A DNA stretch of 64,000 bases from Eledone cirrhosa (GCA_964016885.1 OZ024743.1:189410001-189474000), one strand, 5' to 3'. Positions 38,680 through 52,188 are shown, numbered from the stretch's first letter. Notes: generated by a model not told the origin, from the letters alone. A program made the numbers and translations.

Positions 38680-40110
38680 TATCTACTCCTATATCTATAT
38701 CCTTATAAAAAGGGAGTTTGTTTGTGTGTTGACTGCTAATAAAATTGATAATAACTAAGGTTTCTTTCTGTGATTTCTTCTAATCTAACAACAAACAAGT
38801 TTGCTGGTGACTTATTTTTCGAAAATGGAATGTTTGGGAGGAATTTATTGCTCGTTTTCATATACATATAAAAAGGGAGTTTGTTTTTATGTTACCTGCT
38901 AATAACTCTAGATAAAATTAGTAATATTAAGGTTTTTGTGTGTTTTCAGCTAATATGACTTCTGAAATGTTTGCAATTGATTTGTTTCTCCGAAAACTGA
39001 ATGGAGCAACCATTGGATTTTGCCAGCTTCAGAGATTTCTTCTGTGGGAATTTGTTTACTTTTCTAGTTTTTTTTCCTTTGTTTTGGAACGATCTGACAT
39101 CTAATTCACTCGCAAATGACTTCTTTTCTCGAAAATGGAGGCATGAAGTGGGGAGGGGGGTGACTCTTGGAGTTTCAGATAAGCAGTTCTCAGCCATCTA
39201 AATTCATACAAAAACACCTGCTGGTGATCGTGAAGAAATTTTTTTTCCTTAGATTTTCTCATGTTTTCAACTAATCTGATCTGTTACATGCTTGCAATCG
39301 CCTTCTTTTCCAAATAAACTGAATGGGCGGCTCGGATTCTCCCAGCCTTGGCGATTTCTTCAGTGCAAATAAAAGAGATGAGAAAAAAGGGGGGACACAT
39401 AGAGTTACAGATAAGCACCTCTCAGCCATTTAGATTTATAGAAAATCAATACCTTGGTACTGAAGGATGTTTTGATCCTTCATAATTTTGGACTATTGTG
39501 GAAAGCATCGTAAGGTTAATTAATTGTTTCACAATTTACAAATCCGCCATCCAATGAGGAGTTGCTGTATGAAAGAGCAATCCTTGCTCCCAAAAACATC
39601 TCACAAATCTCTCACAAATTAATCTCAACAAAATCTCTCACAAATTATCTCTGGATGTAACCAGACGTATGAATTTCTCAACAAAGGTGTCGATGGGGAT
39701 GATGCTGTGCATTATCTTGTTGAATTTCTCAACAATCTGGAACGGTCTGGTATGCTGCCACACAAACTTGAATTGAAGAAGGGCACAGTGACCATGCTTC
39801 TCAGAAACCTGGATCAGCCAAGATTGTGCAATGGGATGTGTATGGTTTTCGCTGAACTAGAGCCTCTCATTACCAAGGCCAGGGTCCTCACTGGATATGG
39901 TAAGTGAGACATCACATTTATACTTAGAGTGCCAATAATACCAATAGATTCCCCTCTCATTTCAAATGATTACAATTCCCAGTGAGAGTCAGTTACACAA
40001 TGACTAACAACAAGTCCCAAGATGTTGGTCATCATCTTGAAGAGGGCTATCTCTCAAAAGGTTAATTGTATTTGAGTTTTTCCAGAGTAGGAAGCCCCAC
40101 AAACTCTTTA
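38680..40110 (+). mobile_element. Helitron remnant with PIF1-like helicase fragment
   Basis: ERAILAPKN, EFLNNLERSGMLPHKLELKKG..MLLRNL..RLCNG, QFPVRVSYTMTNNKSQ. Confidence 0.8.
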
Positions 40111-40119
40111 TATATACTC

Positions 40120-42365
40120 CAAAGAAAAACAACATAAAAAGTAGAACTTTCAAAACAACATAAAAAGTACAATAGTAATAATATTAATAACACTAATGAA
40201 ATCAATAACATTAGGAACGACAACCATCAGAGCCCAAATGCAATACCTAGCAACCAGACTTCTACACAACATAATAACCGTAAAGATAACATCCAAAATA
40301 AATGTAACTGTAGATCAAGTAGAACCTGCCCTTTAGGTAACAACTGCTTAATCAAGGACATCATTTACTCATGCATGGTCAACACCAACAACTCTTCTGA
40401 AACCTATATAGGCTCAACTTCGAACTGCTTCAAGACGAGATACAACTCACACCTCTATTATTTCAAAAAACAAAATCTAGCCAACTCCACTTCACTATCT
40501 ACAAACACTATCTGAAAACTAGGAATAGATCATATTCACTTCAATGGGAAGTGGTAGGTAGGGCTGCATCGTATAAACCACCTAATAAATTTGTTAACCT
40601 CTGTCTACAAGAGACCCATACTATAATCTTTTCGAATCTTAACCTCCTTAATAAAAAATCAGAAGTGTTTGCATCGTGCCAACACCGCTTCCGACACTCT
40701 TTCCAAAACTTTAAACCTAGTATATAACAATGTCAGATGTGAACTAATCACCACCACTAGCACTTCACCTCTAGGTCTTGCCTTCCACCATTACATCACA
40801 CTCTCTGATCCACCCTTTCCACTACACAAATCATTTTATCTATAACGTTATACTCTAGAAATAATCTTATAATCACCACCTTTTAATATAATTACTTTGG
40901 ATCACTTATAATTATATAGTGATTGAAATATAATACAGTTTATATAAACTTTAAATATTAAATGCAACAAAGAATTATATATACATTTATAATTAAATGT
41001 ATAGATTAATAACATTGTATATAGAGGATGAATTTATTCACTCAAGAGATGTATCTAATTTATCATGCAAACAGCTGTAAATTATTCCATAGCTTACCAA
41101 ATGTTGAGTAGACAAAAATCTAATTGGACCTTTAATATGTTTTGGGAATAGAATGTATTTAAGGTTAATTGATATGGGAAATTCAATTATGGCACTATAT
41201 AATTGTTTCTACTTTAGGCACAAGGCCAGCAATTACCCAGTGCATTACTGGTACTTTATTATGGCACTATATAATATTAGGTAGACAACTTTCTATTAAT
41301 ATAGTATGAGAGAGTAGAATGTATTTAAAATTAAATATAAATATATAACTTTTTATATGAGGGACTCAATTGAGACTCTATATAATGTGTATTAGAGCAA
41401 TGAATTTAATTATTATTGTGAGCTAGTTACCTCCCCTTATGCATTAGCTCCCCTTAATTACATACCCGCTTCCGGATATTAAAGCGCTCTAAATTCTCGC
41501 AGCTGAAGGTCACTAATTTATAAATATGGATTAAATAACTGTTTCTACTTTTGGCACAAGGCCAGAAAATACCCTGTACATTACTGGTACTTTATTTTAT
41601 CGACCCCGTAAGGATGAAAGCAAAGTTAACCTCGGCGGGATTTGAGCTCAGATCATAAAGGGAGGTAACTCTATGCTTCAAAGCAAGGCGTCCGGCCCTC
41701 TACCGATACTGCCAATCCAATTAAATAACACTAAGTTACAATACATCACAATCCATTACTATAACAAACATTCAATGCAAATAAATCGAAAATTATGTGA
41801 TGGATGTGAAAACTGTAACTTTCTTTTTCTGCACACATACAAATTTGAACTATACAGAAAATATCCTCGCATTGCAACCAACATAATGCACTAACATATT
41901 CGCTTAAAGTGCTTGTATCTCATGTAATACATTGCCATACAGTACTCATATAGACATGATACATTTGCTTGTTCCATCCCTTTATATATGACTAACGCAT
42001 ATACTATCTATTTAATTTAATTATTAGACTATCCTCTTGCATTATCTGTATTATCTGTCGCATGTATTCCAACCTATGCTTTTAATCTTGTTTTTAAATT
42101 TAATTTTGATTTTAATCTTAATTTGAATTATTGTACAAATATAGTATAATATAATATATGTCGCATCAATTCCACACTGTGAACATGAAACTGTTGTACA
42201 CAACATCAATATACATATATGTATCTGTATGTTTCTTCGGTTGAGTAGGAGCTCAATTATATGTACAAACATTAAGAATGCTCCGAAGACTCCAAGCCTA
42301 AGTTTGGAAGAAACAATTGTCAGCGAATAAATGTTTTAAACATAACTTTGATTCTTGTGAATTCA
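40120..42365 (+). mobile_element. 5'-truncated Naiad-like PLE, same family as 29255-31981
   Basis: CNCRSSRTCPLGNNC, YIGSTSNCFKTRYNSH at 40300-40720; HHR at 3' end; SINE insertions at ~41200 and 41539-41718. Confidence 0.8.
42279..42326 (+). ncRNA. Hammerhead ribozyme, CCGAAGA (U4C) core
   Basis: tgct-CCGAAGA(42283-42289)-ctccaagc cta agtttggaa-GAAAC-AATT-GTC^-agcg. Confidence 0.75.
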
Positions 42366-42381
42366 ATATATATATATATAC

Positions 42382-42459
<78 letters not shown>

Positions 42460-42592
42460 GTATATGTATATATATATATGTATGTATATATATATATAAC
42501 TGTATGTAAAAGATAAACAGAAATAGAAACACAATCGGTGCAGTATATGGAAGGGATATATCAGGTAAACACTTGATATAGCAGGAAGAGGG

Positions 42593-42630
42593 TCTTAACG
42601 TTTCAGACGCTAGTCTTTTATCAGAAGAAA
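42593..42630 (-). ncRNA. Degenerate minimal hammerhead ribozyme
   Basis: Minus: tctt-CTGATAA-aagac tagc gtct-GAAAC-GTT^-aaga (uncompensated G8A). Confidence 0.5.
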
Positions 42631-42711
42631 GAATGGGAAATAAGATAGATTGAGGGGACTGGAGGGTTGGAATTGGAAAAAAATGTGTTTATATATATAT
42701 ATGTGTGTGTG

Positions 42712-42740
<29 letters not shown>

Positions 42741-42747
<7 letters not shown>

Positions 42748-42872
42748 TAACAGATTAAAGTTTAAGCAAAGAATCGCTACTCTTAACGGGATTTTCTGAA
42801 ACTATTTTCAGAAGATCCCGTTTAGGGTGAAAGCAGCGATTCTTTGGTTAAACTTTAATCTGTTATTTTAAT
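42741..42872. repeat. Fold-back with HHR-like CAGAAGA (U4A) motif
   Basis: Arms reverse-complementary; CAGAAGA(42809-42815)-tccc gttta gggt-GAAA-GCA..TGGTT-aaact. Confidence 0.65.
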
Positions 42873-42950
42873 AAATATTTGCTCTACGGTTCATATATAT
42901 TTATCCTTATCAAGCCCTCTTTGGATTTTAGTCTTCAAATTTATTATTAT

Positions 42951-42993
<43 letters not shown>

Positions 42994-43000
42994 CATATAT

Positions 43001-43075
<75 letters not shown>

Positions 43076-43103
43076 GAAATTGAACAACACAAAATATAAC
43101 TAC

Positions 43104-43172
43104 TCCATTACCAAAGGTTTCTGGATCCCAGACGATAATGATACACGTATGGAACGGTCGTCAGACAAATGT
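43104..43172 (-). ncRNA. Candidate hammerhead ribozyme
   Basis: Minus: ttgt-CTGACGA-(34 nt)-GAAAC-CTTTG-GTA^-atgg; helices I and II weak. Confidence 0.45.
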
Positions 43173-43343
<171 letters not shown>

Positions 43344-43499
43344 TCTAGCAGTCTCTCTGCCTTTGCCTTGGTCTGCATTGTGTTCAAATCCATTGACAAG
43401 GCACTGATTGTCATCTGTTGTAGTGTCCGAATATTGCATAATATAAGTGTTTTAATTTATTTAGAATATCTAAATATAGAAAGTAATAAAGAATTAGAA

Positions 43500-44003
43500 C
43501 AAAATTAGAACACATTAAAATTAATTTGATCTTGCATAAAGTTTTTGTTTGGTTTTAAAAAAAATTCTGCTTAGTTTAAGAATATGCCTGCCTAAAAAGG
43601 GACTACTACCACTAACCTATGTATCAAAAATATTTTTTTAAATGTTACCCAAAACGTTATCACAGAGAATGTCAAACTTTGGTGCAAATCTAATAAAAAC
43701 TTACATTACAAACTCTCATCAAACAAAGAAATATTTGATAATACAGCACCATACTACAATAAAGTATAAGAAGCTTGAGGATTCAAAGATGGAATCACAT
43801 GTAATGTTAATCTCCCTCTCTAATACTAAAAAACATATTGCAATATCATTGGGTTCACATCTTTTTCTAAACATTTAGCCTAACATTGTTAAAATCTTCC
43901 TAGCTTATGTAAGCATTTCGCAATGACCTACCACTGCAGAAATCTATTCCATAGGTACAATTTCAATGGAGTTACAGGTACACTTTATTTCTATCAAATA
44001 CAC
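43500..44003. repeat. Inverted copy of 36971-37454
   Basis: Reverse-complement match. Confidence 0.9.
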
Positions 44004-44021
44004 ACACACACACACACACAC

Positions 44022-44303
44022 TGATTTGCCTATCTGCTGGGTCATTTCTATGTTTAGATATTATTTTAATTTCTATGTTGTCTATGTTACCGTCATGACC
44101 TTGTCTGGCGTGTTCGTATAGTACTCTACCGACAGCTCGTAGCATAGGTGAAAGGATAGACCAACACTGGGAAGAACTAAAAGGATGAAAAAACGGTTCA
44201 GTACTATAAGAACACGCCAGACAAGGTCATGACGGTAACATAGACAACATAGAAATTAAAATAATATCTAAACATAGAAATGACCCAGCAGATCGGCAAG
44301 TCA
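44022..44303. repeat. Hairpin, ~100-bp arms (44022-44124 / 44201-44303), ~76-nt loop
   Basis: Direct reverse-complement match. Confidence 0.85.
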
Positions 44304-44867
44304 GAGAGGCAAGTAAAATAGAACTTAGAAGGCCAAAGCTAAACAGAAAAAAATGAATGGAATAACAACACCCAAACAAACAATAATGACCTAAGAGAAA
44401 TATAAATAAATAAATATATACACAAGCACAATAAGACCAAACACATATAAACACACACTAGTAAACTAAGATAGAATACAATAACCAAAACACAGTCACC
44501 CAAACGCAAACACACACCTAACACTATACACACACGCAAACGCATGCGCAGAGAAAGAAGACAAAAATAAATAAATAATTAAATAAACAGATTAAATAAA
44601 GATGGCGTAGATATACAATACAACAGGAGGAACATAATAGCACCACTGACGATGATGCAGATGTGCAACGAAAGAAATTTGTTAGACTATATATATGTGT
44701 TTGTGTCTATATTATATCTGTATATTTGACTGTGGTCAATCAATAGTAAACATTGAGGAACGAATGAATTAACTGATATAAAAGATACAGAAGCGAAAAC
44801 CAACCAAACAGTGAGTGTGTTCTGTTATTAATTCTGGCAATATTATTACAACAATATGATCCTCTCC

Positions 44868-44914
44868 AAGTATAACAATATTTGTTTCGACACACGATTT
44901 CATATCAAAAACCT
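44868..44914 (-). ncRNA. Decayed hammerhead ribozyme, U3-A8 type
   Basis: Minus: aggttt-TTGATAT-gaaat cgt gtgtc-GAAAC-AAATATT-GTT^-atactt. Confidence 0.4.
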
Positions 44915-45505
44915 CGCAAAACAAATGTATATATATATATATATATATATATTTAAAAGAATAGAGGTGTAACACACAAGTTATTATATATTGGTAAACG
45001 GAATAGAAAATGCTGACAAATTGTTCACAGTGAAAAATAGTTTAATTAGGAATAAGTGAGAATTAGTAATTGTATTGGTTAGTATTCAGTTTTGGTTTTA
45101 AGTTTTACCGGTTGCGCATTTCTAATGCTTTTCAAAAATAATTTTGAGATAGAGCGTCCGTGATGTTTGCTCTGATCTGATTAGTTTTGGGAATTCTACC
45201 TGTTTTTATGTTAAAAAAGTGGCTCCAGCGGTATTAAAATACCAATTCGTGTTGCAAAAATTCTTGTGGTCAACACAATTTTGATTGGTCGGTAGAGGTC
45301 ATGTGAATGTAAAAAATTGATTTTGCGCCAAATGTAGGTTTGTGTCGGCTGACTGAGAAATGACTCTTTCACAACAAATATGTGTGTGTGTGTGTGTGTG
45401 TGTAGTAGTAGTAGTAAAGTGTTCGTTGTTGTGATAATGGTCAGCAGGGATGTGTGTGCGAACCGCAGCCTGTTGACAGTTCAAATGCCTATTAAGACAA
45501 GTGTG

Positions 45506-45536
<31 letters not shown>

Positions 45537-45909
45537 AGCAGAGTAATTCGTGGTAGAGGGATGGTCAGTAGGAATGTGTCTGTAAGTGAGTGGGGGATAT
45601 TTTAACATGTTAAAAGATATTTTTCAGTTCTTGTCTTATACGGAGAAGTGTGTGTGTGTGTGTGTGTATGTCTCTTTGTATGTTAATGTATGTGTGTGTG
45701 TATATATGTGTGTGTGTATATATGTGTGTGTGAGTGTGAGAATGTGTGTGTGTGGGGGGGGGGGACCAGTATTTTTTTCCTGGTAAAATGGTGTACATTA
45801 TTCGATATTTTCAGTAAAATCGATTCTCTCAATAGAACATCAAAAACCTTAATAATAAAAGGTGTGAAATGATATATAGTATTGGCATAATACCAAGGTA
45901 TGTGTGAGT

Positions 45910-46360
45910 GTGTGTGTGTCCAGATTGTACGTACTGAAAGGGGGATCCCTTAGGCCTTGCCGTATTGGAATACCTGTGCACAAATATGTATCTGGAGTGT
46001 GTCCAGAAATTGTATACCTGTGCACAAATTGTACACTTGTGCACAAATTGTACACATGCATCTGGAGTATTTCCAGAAATTGTATACCTGGGCACAAATA
46101 TGTATCTGGAGTGTGTCCAGATTGTAAGGCCTTGCCGTATTGGAATACCTGGGCACAAATATGTATCTGGAGTGTGTCCAGAAATTGTATACCTGTGCAC
46201 AAATTGTACACTTGTGCACAAATTGTACACATGCATCTGGTGTGTGTCCAGAAATTGTATACCTGTGTACAAATATGTATCTGGAGTGTGTCCAGATTGC
46301 ACGTACTGCAAGGGGAATTCATTAGGCTTTGCCGTATTGGAATACCCGTGCACAAAAATG
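45910..46360. repeat. Complex minisatellite downstream of a PLE ORF
   Basis: Recurring CACAAATATGTATCTGGAGTGTGTCCAGAAATTGTATACCTG and GTGCACAAATTGTACAC subunits; GGC(C/T)TTGCCGTATTGGAATACC at 45953, 46128, 46325. Confidence 0.9.
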
Positions 46361-46569
46361 TATGTGCCCATCAGTGTGCAATGCAAGTGTGCGTTTATGT
46401 ATGTATGTGTGTCGGCACGTTTATATCTATAGACATCAAAAGGTATGCAAATTTGTGTATATTTGTGTTGCACCATAGAACATGTGTGTTTACATATGTC
46501 ATTGTGTTTATATGTGGGTAGAGATGTGTGCTGATGTAGGTATGTATGTTGAAGTGTGTATGTTGTGGG

Positions 46570-47790
46570 TTCGTCTTAGGGAGAAGTGTTTAGACGGGGT
46601 CCTTATTTGTTAATAAAGTAAGATTCCTTGCGCTGGGTGTGGGTGGCATTATCTTTAAATTTGTAGAGGGGAAAGATTCTGAAGTTGGGATGATTTTGGG
46701 CGGCACAGGTATCAATGTGTTCACTCAGTGGTATTTTTCTGTATTCCCGTATTTTTATTTGGGATCTATAGACAGTCATGCGTTGGCGGAGGCTGTTTTT
46801 GGTCTGGCCTATGTATTGTTCTCGACAACCTGAGCAAGTTAATACATATATTAGATTTTCCGATGCACATGTGAAATTGTGTTTTACTATAAAACGTTGT
46901 CCTTCTTTGAAATAGAATTCCGAACTCTCTATTAGGTTGATGCAAATGACACAGTTGGGTCTATCGCATTTTTTTACTGTGGGTTTCGTTGTTGTGGTTA
47001 GCAGTACTTTGGCATGTGTTAGGATGTTTTTCATTGACTTAGATTGTCTTTTGCTCTTTATGATATCGTGTGTTCGTAGGATTTGGTTCATTCTATGGTC
47101 CTTTTTCAACACAGGGATGTTCTGGAGGATGGTGTCAAAGGCCTCATTGTTGCGGGGGTTGTGTGTGGAGATGTATGGAAGAGCTTTTAGTTTCGGTTGA
47201 TTTACTTTAGGGTGTCTAAGGTCCTGGGTACAGAGATTTAGGGCACGTTGGATTCCATTGTCAATTAGTGATGCAGGGTAGTCCCTGCCTATGAGTGTGT
47301 CCTTTAGTTCTTGTAGCCGTAAGTAGCAGGTGTTTTTATTGGAGATTATAGTACAGATTCTCTTGGCTAAGTTGTAGGGAATATTAATTTAAACGTGTCT
47401 AGGGTGGCAAGAGTTGAAAGGAAGACATTGCTTGGAGTCTGTGGGCTTGTAGTATATGTCTGTTTCTATTTTTTTGTTATGGATCTTAATGACGATGTCG
47501 AGGAAGGGGAGTTGTTGATGGCTGTATTCCATCGTGAAGTTAATATTCGTGTTGAGCCCATTTATAAGGGTGTGAAATTATTTAAGTTTCTCGATGTTTT
47601 CGTGCCAAAGGATGAAGCAGTCATCTAGATATCGCTTCCAGTTCCTTTCTATGTGTAAGTGGAGAGTGTTTCCAAATTTGTTTAGGACTTTAGTGTAGAG
47701 GGTAATTTTCAGGTATCCCATGACTAGGTTGGCATAAGTGGGGGCTGTTTTCGTTCCCATAGCGGTCCCAGATTTCTGCCTGTAGGGTTT
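46570..47790 (-). pseudogene. PLE RT + Cys linker + GIY-YIG (Neptune-like), 5'-truncated, frameshifted
   Basis: GTAMGTKTAPTYANLVMG, KRYLDD, CDRPNCVIC linker, LIYVLTCSGCREQYIGQT. Confidence 0.88.
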
Positions 47791-47798
47791 GTTATTAT

Positions 47799-47838
<40 letters not shown>

Positions 47839-47873
47839 TATATATGTATATATGTATTAAGATAACAGTTTAA

Positions 47874-47924
47874 AGTTTAAGCAAAGAATCGCTGCTTTCA
47901 CCCTTAACGGGATCTTGTGAAACT
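47874..47924 (-). ncRNA. HHR-like motif, U4A family (this copy also G5C)
   Basis: Minus: agttt-CACAAGA-tccc gttaa gggt-GAAA-GCA gcgattctt TGC-TT^-aaact. Confidence 0.5.
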
Positions 47925-48740
47925 AAAACAAAATCAATCTGTGAACGCATAAGTAAACATTTCGAAAAATGTTGACTTTCTCCACCTGCCATTCTCACCT
48001 ACTGCTGCTATGCCCTGAATCTCTGACCACCTCTCCGCACACACAGACACACAACCCTCCTCCTGCCTTGACCCTCTGACTACTTCCTGTTGCGCGCGCA
48101 CCCCACATCTCCCCTCTTCCGCCCAACCCAACCACGGATTACACACATTGGACATCGCTCCCACGAATCAACTCCAACACAAGGAAATTATCCGGCATCC
48201 CACCACATCCTCTAGGGAATTACCTTAGGAATTTACCTACGGACATACACTCACAAAAATGTTTTTTTCCACACGCCACCTACATCCTCAATACGTATAA
48301 ACACCACACACACCACATATTTACACACTCAGCCTGCGGAATCCTCTCCCCCACTCCCCCACCCCTCTGACCCCTCCCCATCCACACACGCACACACATA
48401 CCGACCTACACCCCACCCCACACACACCTTTTCATGAACATGCAAGCCCGTTCTTCCCCGAACTCTCACATTCACATACACACACACACACACGTACACC
48501 TACACACACACCACCTTCAGCCCTCCCCGTTCGGACACCCCGCCTCCCTCTCCCCACTCCACCCGCCACCACCCCTACACGCCCCACACCCTCCCACCAC
48601 TTGTTTAACTTCATGTTTATTTTTATTTTTATTATGCTTTTATATTTATTTTCATTTGTACCGTTTCCTCTCACCCCCTTTTTTCTAAATGTCTCTCCCC
48701 CACTCAATTAGACACCCTTGGAACTCTCTTCCGACACACT

Positions 48741-48778
48741 TTTCGCCTGAAGAAGGGCTTATGCCCGAAACGTCGTTC
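48741..48778 (+). ncRNA. Minimal hammerhead core at the end of a pLTR-like tract
   Basis: CTGAAGA(48747-48753)-a gggc ttat gccc-GAAAC-GTC; helix I poor. Confidence 0.55.
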
Positions 48779-48898
48779 CCCACCACCACCCCACTCTTAT
48801 GAGCGTGAAACTAATAAACCTTTGTTCGTACTGACTCTCTGTTTTGTTCCCGCACAATTTTTCACTATATATATATATATATATATATACATAAGCCC

Positions 48899-48964
48899 GA
48901 TTATTGTAATTATTACTGTAATTATTACTGTAATTATTACTGTAATTATTACTGTAATTATTGC
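48899..48964. repeat. 12-bp tandem repeat (ATTACTGTAATT)n
   Basis: About 5 copies visible. Confidence 0.9.
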
Positions 48965-49620
48965 TGAACTCCTTTGTAGAGTTTTTTTCAGAATGTATTT
49001 TCAGAATGCTATTTCTTGTAAATAAACATTCACTTCCATCCTGACGTCACTAGCCCCGTTTTTTCCTCATGTGCTTTTTCATAAATACACATGAAGGCGA
49101 ACTAGCCAGTTTTAGAACTCCCTTTTTCGGATTATATTACTGTGAGAGCCCTGGTTTCTGTTGAGCTCTGCTGATGAATGAAATCCAACCGTGACCATCT
49201 CCACTGAAAGTTTTCATGAAATAGTCTTTTAAGACTATACAGAGCATTTGATGTTATTCCAAATAATAAGGATAAGTGTTTCAAACTTTATTTTATCATG
49301 AGTTAAAGGTCTATGGATTTTTCCATGGATTTTACTAAATTCTGTGGATGAATTTATATCCTGATTCTCTTTTGAGATGAGTTTGAGTTATTTTTCCTAA
49401 ATCTTTCGTTAACTACTTTTCCCATCTTGACGTTATAGTCGCATATATGTTATAGAATGCCGTTAGCTTCTTGCTAAAACAATCTCTATACCTCTCATTT
49501 ATATATATATATATATATATATCCAGGGGTGTAACTAGGAGTTACTGCATGTTCACCCGTGTGAGCACTCGATGTTTAGGTGCACTTCTATGATGATGTG
49601 TAGAGCTATACACAGTGTAA

Positions 49621-49777
49621 TATATAGAAAGGATAACAAGGACGATTGATTATTCCTTCATTGCATTTATTGATAGATGACGCGCGTTTCGCCACTGATC
49701 AGCTCAAGGTTCGATCTATATCGATCCTACCTATCAATAAATGCAATGAAGGAATAATCAATCGTCCTTGTTATCCT

Positions 49778-49786
<9 letters not shown>
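49621..49786. repeat. Fold-back enclosing the 3' half of an HHR
   Basis: Arms 49621-49676 / 49731-49786; minus GA-gctg atcag tggc-GAAAC-GCGC-GTC. Confidence 0.75.
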
Positions 49787-49826
<40 letters not shown>

Positions 49827-49838
49827 GACACAGACACA

Positions 49839-49896
<58 letters not shown>

Positions 49897-49901
49897 TGTG
49901 A

Positions 49902-50152
49902 AGGCGCATGGATTAGTGGTAAAGCATTGGGTTTGCAATCGAAAAGTTGTGAGTTCAATCCTCGGACCGGGTGATGTGTTGTTTCCTTGAGCAAGACACT
50001 TTATTTCACGTTACAACAGTTTACTCAGCTGTAGAAATGCGTACCGGCCTGCCCGCCCAGCCAGTGAGATGGCGTTATCTTAAGGGTAAAACAGCACGAC
50101 GTTTTGTGACCACCGGCGCCGATTGGCGCCCGACAGACTGGTCTATCAAGGT
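49902..50152 (+). mobile_element. SINE with family B head and a different tail
   Basis: Head and body identical to family B up to CAGCTGTAGAAATG, then an unrelated 3' part. Confidence 0.7.
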
Positions 50153-50153
50153 G

Positions 50154-50256
<103 letters not shown>

Positions 50257-50274
50257 TGTGTATATATATATATA

Positions 50275-51585
50275 TCATCATCATCATCATTTTACGTCTA
50301 CTTTTCCCTGCTTGCAAGGGTGGGACGGGTCCTATTCAGCACTGCATCTCTCCACTTGTCACGGTCCTTCATCATCTCCTCTGTGAGCTTCAACGATCTG
50401 AGGTCTGCTCTCACCACCTCCGCCCATGTTTTTCGTGTTCTACCTCTACTGCATCTTCCCTCCACTGGGACTGCCTGGCACTTCTTTACCCATCGGTCAT
50501 CCTCCATGCGCATCACATGTCCATACCATCTCAGCCTTCTCTCCTGCACACCACAACTTATCCCTCTTATACCCAGTTTCTTTCTCAACTCGTCTATGCT
50601 TGGTCGCTCACGCACGTTGACATTGCACATCTAACAGAGCATACTTGCTTCATTTCTCTCCAGCCGTCGCGTATCTTCTGCAGTTGCTTCCCATGTCACA
50701 CTACCATGCAGCTTTGTGCATCTCACACAGGCATCATATAGCCGTCCTTTTGTACGCAAGGAGAAACCCTTCTTTGTCAACAGAGGGAGCAGCTCCTTAA
50801 ACTTCTTCCAACCCATCCTTATTCTAGATACTATGGCCTCGGAACTCCCATGCTAATCTGATCACCTAGGGACCGGAAGCTATCCACCACTTCTATAGAA
50901 CCCACCTGCATTGGAAAAATGAGTCCATCACAGCGATTACTACTGCCAACTTTCCCTGTAGACCTACCTCATACATAGTTTGCCCTACCTGCTAGTTTGT
51001 CTGCTCTGCTATCCCACTACATCTCTTGTGTACCCAAGATCTGCATTGCGTACATTTTATGGAATTTATGCCAGTGCCTTTCCTACATATCGAACATGGC
51101 CATTTCCCTGATGGAATCAGAGTATTGTCCTCTCTTCTACTTATCAACACTTTTGTTTTAGCTATGTTTACTCTCAGGCCTCTTGACTCCAACTGCTGTT
51201 TCCATAGCCAGAATTTATTCTCTACTGATTCTGCTATAAGAACCAGATCATCACTATAGAGAAGTTCCCATGGGCATCCAGTCTTAAACTCCTCTGTTAT
51301 GGCCTGGAGGACTATAATGAACAGGAGTGGGCTGAGGACAGAACCTTGAGGTACACATACTTTTATCTGGAATTCCTCACTAAACTCCATTCCTATTCTC
51401 ACTTTACTGACAGTACCCCTGTACATAGCTTCCACTGTCCTCACAAGCCATTCCTCTACACCTAGTTTCCTTAGGGACCATCAGATGACAGATTGGGGTA
51501 CCTTATAAAAGGCCTTCTCTGGGTCAACAAAAGGTAAGTATAGTGGCTTATTCTTCTCTAAGAACCTCTCTTGTAGTTGCCTCAT
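50275..51585 (-). mobile_element. RTE-clade LINE, 5'-truncated, RT region with frameshifts
   Basis: VPQGSVLSPLLF, LLYSDDLVL, WPCSICRKG..CTQCRSWVHKRC, RLRWYGHVMR. Confidence 0.92.
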
Positions 51586-51589
51586 ATGA

Positions 51590-51623
<34 letters not shown>

Positions 51624-51680
51624 GCAAAACTAATGGTTGTATTTAAAGGGTACGTCAAACCTATTTGTAAAACTGTTATA

Positions 51681-51752
51681 TATTGTATTTTGTCTGATGA
51701 AGGCATACCATAATTTAATGTGGTATCCCTGAAATATGTATAATGAAATAAA
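51681..51752 (+). ncRNA. Type I minimal hammerhead ribozyme
   Basis: tattttgt-CTGATGA(51694-51700)-aggcatacca..tggtatccct-GAAA-tatgta-TA^-atgaaata. Confidence 0.82.
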
Positions 51753-52188
51753 TATGGTTTTATAAATATAGTTTCCACTTATTAATATCGTATATAATAC
51801 TTGTATCCCTATATGTATTTTTTACACGTAGGAACACATACTTTATTATTATTATCTCCCCTAAGGTTGAGATAACACTTGGTCATTTGAACTGCTGCTA
51901 TTTCTAGTGGCAGGACATTGACCTGTCCACCCTGCCTTCTATCTTTGCACACAGCACTAGACAAGATTGTTTCTTTCATCATTCACTCTCAGCTGGGAAC
52001 AGTTTTGTATGGTGTCAGTTTGTGATTTAAACTCGGGAATTTTATATTCTTCGAGCGAGAAGAGCCTTCTCAATGAAGATCCACTTGGATTATCCGTTTT
52101 TTTGAAACCGTGGGAAAGGCACATATAGTAAGTACAGCGAAATTTTTAAAATTTATTTTAAAACTTTTTCTCTATTTGCTAGACGTGG

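Noticed and set aside
40508-40520. In-frame TGA in a Naiad-like ORF as possible Sec codon
   Set aside because: Falls at a Trp position (IWKL) in a decayed copy; simple mutation
45910-46360. CRISPR-like periodicity and overlapping long ORFs
   Set aside because: No unique spacers, eukaryotic context; ORFs arise from repeat periodicity
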